Source of the DNA: Polyangiales bacterium
GTDB lineage: Bacteria; Myxococcota_A; Polyangia; Polyangiales; Ga0077539
Assembly (NCBI GenBank): GCA_046351515.1
Contig: JAXLYJ010000005.1
Span: forward strand, 306,892-370,891
Direction: 5' to 3'
Length of the DNA: 64,000 nucleotides
Under the pieces are notes generated by a model. That model was not told the origin of the DNA, did no database searches, and was given only the letters and a program-made list of their open reading frames with translations. Position 1 is the stretch's first letter, and the number at the start of each line of letters is the position of its first letter. Shown piece by piece: positions 57,044-64,000 of the stretch. The translations under genes were made by a program, and so were the position numbers.

Positions 57044-58641
57044 CCGACGAAGGCCGCCAGCGCGCGCTGCGCTACCTCGCCGCGGCGGCCTCGGGCACGA
57101 CGCTCTATCTCTCTGCGCCGCCGTTCAAGCTCTGGCCGCTGTGCCTGTTGGCCGCGACGCTGCTCGCGTGGGCCGTGCGAGAGCAGCGCGCGCGCTCAGC
57201 GTTTGGCCTGGGTTTGGTCGCGGCGATCTTCTACTGGATCTTCGCCGCGCCGTGGCTGGTCGCGACGGTCACGCGCTTCACCGGCCTGCCCACGATCGCC
57301 GCCGTCGTGCTGTTTCTTCTCTACTGCTTCGGTCAGTCGCTGATGATCGCGATCCAGTGCGCGATCGCTGCCTCGATTCGCGCGGTGGTGGGCGCGACCA
57401 TCGCGGTCGCGCTGAGCGCGCTGTTCTGCGAGCGCTACATCTCGGCGGTCTTTGCCTGGCAATTCGCGGCGCCGCTCGTCGAGTCTCGCTGGCTCCCGCA
57501 GCTCGCGGACGTCGTCACGGTCTCGGGCGTCTCGGCGCTGTTGCACGCGTGCGCGACGGCCTTTGTCGCGTGGGCGAGCGAGCGCCGCGCGGGAGCCGTG
57601 CAAGCGAGCACTCGGCGCACCGCGATCGTGATGGCCGCGCTGTTCGCTGGGTGGGTGGGCTACGGCGCCGTTCGTGCGACGCAGTTCGCGAGCGCCGAGC
57701 AGCGGCCCGCGGTGCGCGTGGCGCTGTTGCAACCGGCGGTTCCGCCGCTCGTTCGCTGGGACGAAGCCGCAGCGGCGTCGATCCTCGCGAAGCTGCACGC
57801 GCAGACGACGCAGGCGATCAACGAGCGGCCCGACCTCATCGTGTGGCACGAGGGCGCGTACCCGTATGTCCTTCCGCACGAGGCCTCCGTCGATGGCCTT
57901 CGCGCTCCGCCCGCGTATCCGGTGCGAGAGGCACCGCCGATCGTGTTTGGGCTGATGAGCGCGGGCGTCGGGATGGTGCGCTACAACGGTGTGTTCTTGC
58001 GAAACGAAGACGCGACGCTCTCGCGTCCCGTCGCGAAGAGAGCGCTCGTCCCGTTCGGCGAGTCCGTCCCGCTCGCGAGCACGTTGCCCTGGTTGGCGCG
58101 GCTGTTCTCTCAGTCTGGCGGAATCTCTCCGGGCACCGGCAGCCCCATCCTTCGCACGCGCTCGGGCCTGGCGCTCGGGATTCTCATCTGCTTCGAAGAC
58201 ACGCTCGCGCACGCCGCGGCCGACGCCGCAGACGGGGCGCTCATCGTCAACCTCACGAACGACGGTTGGTTCGACTCGCCCACGGCGCTCGAAGAGCACT
58301 TGCTCATGGCTCGCTGGCGCTCGATCGAGCTTCGCCGCGAGACCGTCCGCGCGGTGAACACCGGCGTTTCGGGGCGCATCGACGTGCTCGGTCAGATGGC
58401 GACGCGCGGACCGGTGAACCGCGAAGCCGTGCTCGTGGTGACCGCGCGCACGTGGGACACGCGCACGCTCGCCCCGCACTTTGCGCGCTGGGGCGGCGCG
58501 CTCGCCGGGCTCGCGATCGCGGTTTGCTCGGTGATTCGCTGGCGATCGCTCCGCGCCGCGCGCGCCGAAACCCCTCCCGCGTCGAGCGAGGCGCCAGCGA
58601 CCGAGCCTCGAGCGCCCGATGTCACGGAGCCTCCGCTGTGA
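57040..58641 (+). CDS. lnt: Apolipoprotein N-acyltransferase
   Basis: N-terminal 6 to 8 TM segments, then a CN-hydrolase domain with E-K-C triad context (VWHEG, ILICFEDT, NDGWF). TTG start proposed inside ORF 56608..58641. Confidence 0.8.
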   Translation: MTDEGRQRALRYLAAAASGTTLYLSAPPFKLWPLCLLAATLLAWAVREQRARSAFGLGLVAAIFYWIFAAPWLVATVTRFTGLPTIAAVVLFLLYCFGQSLMIAIQCAIAASIRAVVGATIAVALSALFCERYISAVFAWQFAAPLVESRWLPQLADVVTVSGVSALLHACATAFVAWASERRAGAVQASTRRTAIVMAALFAGWVGYGAVRATQFASAEQRPAVRVALLQPAVPPLVRWDEAAAASILAKLHAQTTQAINERPDLIVWHEGAYPYVLPHEASVDGLRAPPAYPVREAPPIVFGLMSAGVGMVRYNGVFLRNEDATLSRPVAKRALVPFGESVPLASTLPWLARLFSQSGGISPGTGSPILRTRSGLALGILICFEDTLAHAAADAADGALIVNLTNDGWFDSPTALEEHLLMARWRSIELRRETVRAVNTGVSGRIDVLGQMATRGPVNREAVLVVTARTWDTRTLAPHFARWGGALAGLAIAVCSVIRWRSLRAARAETPPASSEAPATEPRAPDVTEPPL

Positions 58642-59306
58642 GCACCCGCGGCGCGAGTCGCAAGAAGCTGCGCATCGGCGCGCTCGAAGAGCGCACAGGT
58701 CTCACTCGCGACGCGATTCATCACTACGTTCGCGAGGGGTTGGTGCCGCCGCCCGAGAAGACCAGCGCGACGGTGGCGTGGTTCGATCAACGACACGTCG
58801 CGCGTCTGCGATCGATTCGCGTTCTTCGTGACGAAGGGTTGCCGGTCGCCGCGGTCAAACGATTGCTCGAGGATCCGGCGATCGCGGCGATGAGCGGTGA
58901 GCAGCTCGCGGCGCTCGCGAGGTCACTGGTGGCTGTGGGACTGCGAGAGGTGCCGCGCGCGTCGGTGTGCGACGAGCGCGGTCGATCGCTCGCGTCGGCG
59001 CTGCGCATGGCGGACCGTGTCGACGAGAATCCCGCGCTCGCCGACGCGCTCAACGCGCTGTCGTCATCGCTGACGCCGGCGCTGATGGTCGCGCTCGAGC
59101 GCGAGGTCATGCCTTCGCTTCGAACCACGGCGCGCGCCTACGTTGAAGAGCAGCGGACGTTGGACAACGAAGTGACCGCGCGCGTCGCAGCGACGGTGGC
59201 CGAGCGCATCGGCGCGCTGTTCACTGCGGCGCTCGCCGAGGCGCTCACCGCGCGCGCGCTCGCGTCGCGCAAGCGGACCCTCTCGGGCGGCGGTCGCAAA
59301 GCGTAA
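58638..59306 (+). CDS. MerR-family transcriptional regulator
   Basis: GTG overlaps the lnt stop (GTGA). LRIGALEERTGLTRDAIHHYVREGL is the MerR HTH. Confidence 0.7.
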   Translation: MSTRGASRKKLRIGALEERTGLTRDAIHHYVREGLVPPPEKTSATVAWFDQRHVARLRSIRVLRDEGLPVAAVKRLLEDPAIAAMSGEQLAALARSLVAVGLREVPRASVCDERGRSLASALRMADRVDENPALADALNALSSSLTPALMVALEREVMPSLRTTARAYVEEQRTLDNEVTARVAATVAERIGALFTAALAEALTARALASRKRTLSGGGRKA

Positions 59307-59326
59307 TTGTTGTACCTTCCCGGCCC

Positions 59327-60193
59327 ATGACGAACGCATCGAACAAGGGTCGCGTCGCGGTGCTCGGCGCGGGAACGATGGGCGCAGGGATCGCTCAAGT
59401 GGCTGCCATGTCGGGCTACGCCGTGTCGCTCTTCGACGTCTCCTCGGCGCAGATCGAAAAGTCGTTGGCTGCCACGGCGCAGTCTCTCGACAAGCTCGTG
59501 GCGAAAGCGAAGATCGACGCTGCGGCGAAGGACGCTGCGCTCGCTGCGATTCAGCCGTTCGCTGACGTCTCGAAGGCGGTCGAAGCGGCGACGGTGGTGG
59601 TCGAGGCCGTGCCCGAGCGGATCGAGCTGAAGCGCGAGTTGTTTCACGCGGTGGATCGCGCTGCTCCGTCAACGGCGCTGCTCGGGACCAACACCTCGTC
59701 GCTCTCGATCACGGAGATCGCGTCGGTCGTGAAGGACCCTTCGCGCGTGGTGGGGTTGCACTTCTTCAACCCAGTTCCGGTGATGGAGCTGCTCGAGGTG
59801 GTGAAGGGCGTTCGAACGAGCGAGGCGACGGTCGATGCCGCGCTCGCGTTCTCGAGGTCGCTCGGTAAGACGGCGATTGTTGTGAGGGATTTTCCTGGGT
59901 TTGCGACGTCGCGACTCGGCGTGGCGATCGGCGCCGAGGCGATCCGAATGCTCGAGCAAGGAGTCGCGAGCGCCGAGGACATCGATCGCGCGATGGAGCT
60001 CGGCTACCGACATCCGATGGGGCCGTTGAAGCTCACGGACCTCGTCGGGCTCGACGTGCGGCTCGCGATCCTCGAGCACTTGCATCGAGAAGTGGGCGAG
60101 CAGTTCAGGCCCCCGGCGCTGCTGCGGCAGATGGTGCGAGCGGGAAAGCTCGGCAAGAAGTCCGGCGAGGGCTTCTACAAGTGGCCGCAGTGA
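59327..60193 (+). CDS. hbd: 3-hydroxyacyl-CoA/3-hydroxybutyryl-CoA dehydrogenase
   Basis: VAVLGAGTMGAGIAQV Rossmann motif, HFFNPVPVMELLEV, and C-terminal dimerisation domain. Confidence 0.9.
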   Translation: MTNASNKGRVAVLGAGTMGAGIAQVAAMSGYAVSLFDVSSAQIEKSLAATAQSLDKLVAKAKIDAAAKDAALAAIQPFADVSKAVEAATVVVEAVPERIELKRELFHAVDRAAPSTALLGTNTSSLSITEIASVVKDPSRVVGLHFFNPVPVMELLEVVKGVRTSEATVDAALAFSRSLGKTAIVVRDFPGFATSRLGVAIGAEAIRMLEQGVASAEDIDRAMELGYRHPMGPLKLTDLVGLDVRLAILEHLHREVGEQFRPPALLRQMVRAGKLGKKSGEGFYKWPQ

Positions 60194-60197
60194 ACGC

Positions 60198-61394
60198 TTA
60201 GCGACGCGGATCGGGGCGGCCGATCACGCGGGGGCAGTTCGGACCGACGCACGCGTTCACGCGGGGCACGTTGAGGTTGACCGTTCCGCCCGCGGCAGCG
60301 GAGTTGATCGTCGTGGCTGCGGTGCCGGTCGTGCGAACGGTGGTCGCTGTGCCGTTGGTCGTCGCGGCGGTCGCAGAGATGGTGGTCGAGCCCATCTGCA
60401 CGTTGCTGCCGGTGTTCACGACGGCCGCAGCGGTTCCAGGGCGAACGCTGTTTCCTCCGACCGAGACGACCGTGGTGCCGCCCGTGTTCACGACAGGGGT
60501 GTTGGCGACGGCCGTGGCGTTGTTGCTGACGACCACGCCCGTTCCGCGGACCGGAACGGCGCCGTTCACCACGACGTTTCCAGTGGTGCCCGCGACGCCG
60601 CCGGAGGTCGTGACCACCGCGCCCACGGGGCGACCCGTGGCCGTGACGACGGTGGTGTTTCCGACGGGAACCGCAGCGTTTCCAGTGGTGACTACCGCGG
60701 GGCCGCCCGTCCCAACGTTGGTGCTTCCGCCCGTCACGACGACGGCGCTGCCGCCGACGCTGCCCGAGGCTCCACCCGTGACGACCACGGCGCTGCCTCC
60801 AACGGGACGCGCGGTCGCCGTTCCACCGGCGGGAACCCAGCCCGTCGGCGTCCCGCCGTTGACCACCACGGTGCTGCCCTGCGTGGGAACGTTTCCGTTC
60901 ACGATGACAGTGCTTCCCTGCGTGGGGACGTTTCCATTCACAACGACGGTGCTTCCGCCGACCGGCTGCGCCACAGGGCCGCCCGAGTTGACGACCACCG
61001 CTCCGCCGCTCGAGACGGGCGTCGCGTACGGCCCCACCGGCTGCACGTTCGCGGGGCGCCAGTAGCCAGGATAATACTGGCCGCCCTGGTAGACCGGGCG
61101 CTGCCAGACCGTTCCCGGTCGCGGCATCTCCCAGTGGCCTTCGACCCACACCCACGAGCCGCCACGCCAGTCATGGTAGCCGTCGACCCAAACGCCACCC
61201 GCGGGCTGCGGCGGGCGCTCCAGCTGCACGTTCACCGTCGTTTGCGGAGGCGGAGGCTGCGTGACGGTCACCGCCGTCGGAACGCTGTCGTAGTACACGT
61301 CCGACGAGACATCGCCGCGCACCGTGTAGAAGCACGCGGGCGTCAGCGACGAAACCAAAGCGAGCGCGCCAGTCAGCAGAGCAGATCGGTTCAT
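60198..61394 (-). CDS. Lipoprotein with N-terminal WxxGxW-type repeats and a long Gly/Thr/Val-rich repetitive region
   Basis: Likely start MNRSALLTGALALVSSLTPAC. GVWVDGYHDWRGGSWVWVEGHWEMPRPG (YxWxxGxW). Then VVVNGNVPTQGSTV-type imperfect tandem repeats. Confidence 0.55.
   Translation of the reverse strand: MNRSALLTGALALVSSLTPACFYTVRGDVSSDVYYDSVPTAVTVTQPPPPQTTVNVQLERPPQPAGGVWVDGYHDWRGGSWVWVEGHWEMPRPGTVWQRPVYQGGQYYPGYWRPANVQPVGPYATPVSSGGAVVVNSGGPVAQPVGGSTVVVNGNVPTQGSTVIVNGNVPTQGSTVVVNGGTPTGWVPAGGTATARPVGGSAVVVTGGASGSVGGSAVVVTGGSTNVGTGGPAVVTTGNAAVPVGNTTVVTATGRPVGAVVTTSGGVAGTTGNVVVNGAVPVRGTGVVVSNNATAVANTPVVNTGGTTVVSVGGNSVRPGTAAAVVNTGSNVQMGSTTISATAATTNGTATTVRTTGTAATTINSAAAGGTVNLNVPRVNACVGPNCPRVIGRPDPRR
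60870..60960. repeat. Imperfect 39-bp tandem repeat (2.3 copies) inside the lipoprotein gene, encoding VNGNVPTQGSTV(I/V)
   Basis: ggtgct[g/t]ccctgcgtggg[a/g]acgtttcc[g/a]ttcac[g/a]a[t/c]gac read directly at 60870..60908 and 60909..60947, with a partial third copy. Confidence 0.6.
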
Positions 61395-61570
61395 CCTTCG
61401 TTCTCTCTTGTTGGAGGACGCGCTGTTATACGCCGGGGCGCGACGAATCATCCAATGCCCCCGTTGGCTCGTTGACTCGCCGGCACATTTCCCCAGTTCT
61501 CGCGCGGCGAAGTTGAGTAGCGTTGCCCCGCTCGACGCGCACGCGCAGCCCCTCGCAAGGAGATTCTCTG

Positions 61571-62770
61571 GTGACGAACACGGTCTACATCCTCGACGCG
61601 CTCCGAACCCCGATCGCTCGCTACAAGGGCGCGCTCGCGCAGGTGCGCCCCGATGATCTGGCGGCGCACGTGATCCGCAGCCTCTGCGCGCGCAACGCTC
61701 GCGCGAGCGAGCGCGTCACCGAGGTCGTGTTCGGCGCGACCAATCAAGCAGGCGAGGACAACCGCAACGTCGCCCGCATGGGAGCGTTGCTCGCGGGGCT
61801 GCCGTACGAGGTCACCGGCGTGACCGTCAATCGCCTGTGCGGAAGCGGCCTCGAAGCGCTGCAATCCGCGGCGCGCATGATCGCGACCGGCGAGCACGAC
61901 TGCGTGATCGCCGGCGGCGTCGAGAGCATGACGCGCGCGCCGTTCGTGATGCCCAAGGCGCAAGATGCGTTCGATCGCACGCCGCCCAAGGTGCAGGACA
62001 CCACGATCGGCTGGCGCTTCGAGAACCCGAAGATGGCCGAGCGGTTTCCGCTCGAAGGCATGGGCGAGACGGCAGAGAACGTCGCTGCGCAGAAGAGCAT
62101 CTCGCGCGCGGACCAAGACGCGTTCGCGGTCGAGTCGCACCGGCGCGCGGTCGCTGCGGCCGAGCGCGGAGCGTTTCGAGACGAGATCGTCGCCGTCGAG
62201 ATCGCGCAGAAAAAGGGCCCCGCGATCGTGTTCGACCGCGACGAGTGCCCGCGCGCCGACGCCTCGCTCGAGGCGCTGGCGAAGCTTCAGCCCGTGTTTC
62301 GCAAGGGAGGGAGCGTCACCGCGGGCAACAGCTCGCCGATCAACGACGGGGCATCGGCGCTGTTGGTGGTGAGCGAGGCTGTGGTGAGAGAGCTCGGCGT
62401 CGAGCCGCTCGCGCGCGTGGTGGCGAGCTCGGTCGCTGGTGTCGAGCCGAGCGTGATGGGGTTGGGGCCGATTCCTGCGGTGCGAAAGCTGCTCGCGCGC
62501 ACTGGATGGACGCGCGAGTCGATCGACACGCTCGAGCTCAACGAGGCGTTCGCCGCGCAGGCGCTCGCGTGCGTGCGCGAGCTCGAGCTCGATTCAGCGA
62601 AGGTGAACCCCGACGGCGGAGCGATCGCGCTCGGTCATCCCATCGGTTGCTCTGGCGCGCGCATCGTCGCGACGCTGGTGCATCGCATGAAGCGCGAGGG
62701 TCACAAGCGCGGGGTCGCGTCGCTGTGCATCGGGGTCGGGCAGGGGATCGCGTCGGCGTTCGAGCGCTGA
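61571..62770 (+). CDS. Acetyl-CoA C-acyltransferase (thiolase)
   Basis: [11 protein letters not shown] (active-site Cys), [21 protein letters not shown]. The first ATG at 61523 gives an atypical 16-aa extension, so the proposed start is GTG 61571 ([15 protein letters not shown]). Confidence 0.9.
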   Translation: MTNTVYILDALRTPIARYKGALAQVRPDDLAAHVIRSLCARNARASERVTEVVFGATNQAGEDNRNVARMGALLAGLPYEVTGVTVNRLCGSGLEALQSAARMIATGEHDCVIAGGVESMTRAPFVMPKAQDAFDRTPPKVQDTTIGWRFENPKMAERFPLEGMGETAENVAAQKSISRADQDAFAVESHRRAVAAAERGAFRDEIVAVEIAQKKGPAIVFDRDECPRADASLEALAKLQPVFRKGGSVTAGNSSPINDGASALLVVSEAVVRELGVEPLARVVASSVAGVEPSVMGLGPIPAVRKLLARTGWTRESIDTLELNEAFAAQALACVRELELDSAKVNPDGGAIALGHPIGCSGARIVATLVHRMKREGHKRGVASLCIGVGQGIASAFER

Positions 62771-62774
62771 GCGC

Positions 62775-63350
62775 TCAGGCTGCCGCGCGGAGGCGCTCGC
62801 GCAGGGCGGTGCGCGCGCGGTGCAATCGCGAGCGAACGCTGCTCTCGGTGGTCTCGAGTCGATCGGCGAGCGCTTGCAGCGCAGAGCCTTCGACGTAGTG
62901 CTCGAGCACGACGACGCGCCACTGCTCGGGCAGCTCGGCGACCGCTTCTTCGAGCATCGCGCGCTGGCGGTGCGCTTCGACGCGGTGGTCGGCGCGCTCG
63001 GCCCACTCGCCGCTCGAGGTGAACGCCGTCGCGTGCACAGACTGTTCGACCTCATTGAGGTGATCGTCGAACGAGGCGTAGCGACGACGGCGCTCGCTGC
63101 GCATGCGCATGAGCGCGGCGTTGGCGGTCACGCGATAGAGCCACGTCGAGAACTGCGAGTCGCCGCGGAAGGTGTGGAGGCGACGGATGACTTGGAGCAG
63201 CGCGTCCTGCACGAGGTCCGCGCGGTCGTGGGGAGCGATCGGGAAGCGCTGCACCTGTCGCTCGACCACCGGTCGGTAGCGCGTCAGGAGCGCGGAAAGA
63301 GCGGAACGATCGCCCTGTCGAGCTTTTTCAACGAGTTGAATATCGCTCAT
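62775..63350 (-). CDS. ECF (group IV) RNA polymerase sigma factor
   Basis: Region 2 (DRADLVQDALLQVIRRLHTFRGDSQFSTWLYRVTANAAL) and region 4 (VVLEHYVEGSALQALADRLETTESSVRSRLHRARTALRE). Confidence 0.8.
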   Translation of the reverse strand: MSDIQLVEKARQGDRSALSALLTRYRPVVERQVQRFPIAPHDRADLVQDALLQVIRRLHTFRGDSQFSTWLYRVTANAALMRMRSERRRRYASFDDHLNEVEQSVHATAFTSSGEWAERADHRVEAHRQRAMLEEAVAELPEQWRVVVLEHYVEGSALQALADRLETTESSVRSRLHRARTALRERLRAAA

Positions 63351-63581
63351 GTGTGCGGCCGAACCGCTCGTTGAAGCAACCGTTGTTTCCATCGTGTTCG
63401 AGACTACGTCGCTTCAAATACAGGCGTTACGGAGAATCGACACAAGGTGGCGAAAAACAGAGTTCGAGCGGAATAGTCGATTTGAGTGTTTGTTGGTCGA
63501 AATTCGTGAACGGTTTTGGAAGACCCCAACGAGCGTGTCGGAACCGACCGAGTCCGTGGTGTAGCCTCGGCTGCGTCGGCG

Positions 63582-63986
63582 ATGAGCAAAGAGCTGGTTT
63601 CACGGGTCGAGGCGTTTCTTCAAGCCAGGGACTGGGTCACGACCCGCCTGGGCGACACGACGATCCGATCGAGCTTCAAAGTGTCGCGCGGGACGATGTA
63701 CCCGCTCGTCACGACGTGCGACGCGAGCTGGGTGAAGCTCGCGGTGGTTCCGCTCGGTCGCCTGCCGCCTGACCTCGTGAAGGCCGAGAAGCTGTACTCC
63801 CAGCTGCTTCGATGGAACGGCGAGATCATGTTCGCGCGCTTCTCTCTCGACGAGGACGGCGACGTGATCTTGTCCGTGGAGTTTCCCGTGAAGGACTTGG
63901 ACAACAGCGAGCTTGGCGACGCGCTCGACGTGCTCACGTACTACGCGAACAAGTACGGGCCCGACATCAAAGCGACGATCGCCTGA
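63582..63986 (+). CDS. YbjN-like (putative sensory transduction regulator / T3SS-chaperone-like fold) protein
   Basis: Approximately 135 aa, with an acidic C-terminus. Pattern TRLGDTTIRSSFKVSRGTMYPLVTT...EKLYSQLLRWNGEIMFARFSLDEDGDVILSVEFPV resembles the YbjN family. The call is weak. Confidence 0.4.
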   Translation: MSKELVSRVEAFLQARDWVTTRLGDTTIRSSFKVSRGTMYPLVTTCDASWVKLAVVPLGRLPPDLVKAEKLYSQLLRWNGEIMFARFSLDEDGDVILSVEFPVKDLDNSELGDALDVLTYYANKYGPDIKATIA

Positions 63987-64000
63987 GGCGCATCACTCGG

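Noticed and set aside
61523-61570. ATG at 61523 as the thiolase start
   Set aside because: It would add [16 protein letters not shown] ahead of the canonical thiolase N-terminus ([13 protein letters not shown]). An in-frame GTG at 61571 fits the family better.

Overview
This is a high-GC (about 70%) chromosomal window, probably myxobacterial or deltaproteobacterial. Its backbone is the conserved translation/transcription cluster: tRNA-Thr-Tyr-Gly-Thr, tuf, rpmG, tRNA-Trp, secE, nusG, rplK, rplA, rplJ, rplL, rpoB, rpoC, all on the + strand. Two things interrupt this backbone.

1. Immediately downstream of tuf is a full-length but GTPase-dead EF-Tu paralog (20075..21109). All G1, G3 and G4 motifs are replaced, yet domain 2 and 3 blocks are clearly homologous.

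2. About 10.3 kb of small-molecule-tailoring genes (25683..35830) sits inside the normally tight rplL-rpoB junction. The genes are a sulfotransferase, a cytochrome P450, a GT1 glycosyltransferase, a CrtC-like hydratase fused to a polyprenyl synthase, a second CrtC/AttH-like protein, and a rifampicin-phosphotransferase-like enzyme (PPDK_N ATP-grasp plus C-terminal phosphohistidine swivel). This last gene ends about 730 nt upstream of rpoB.

The 5' end of the window carries two tandem paralogous secreted proteins built from roughly 48-aa 8-Cys modules (HCGxCGxxC...NGCE). They are followed by a four-gene translationally coupled operon: a discoidin-like membrane protein, a small protein, a YfhO-like polytopic membrane protein, and a 4HBT thioesterase.

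The rest is housekeeping and accessory genes: gpx, yjbQ, a cinA-like gene, capA, an RNase HII-like gene, a sigma-54 response regulator, a Ser/Thr kinase with PEGA domains, lnt with a DAGK-like kinase and a MerR regulator, a beta-oxidation hbd and thiolase pair, an ECF sigma factor, and a tRNA-Glu/tRNA-Gln pair on the minus strand. No CRISPR arrays, transposases or integrases were seen. Most long minus-strand ORFs antisense to rpoB, rpoC, tuf and the Cys-rich genes are GC-driven artifacts.
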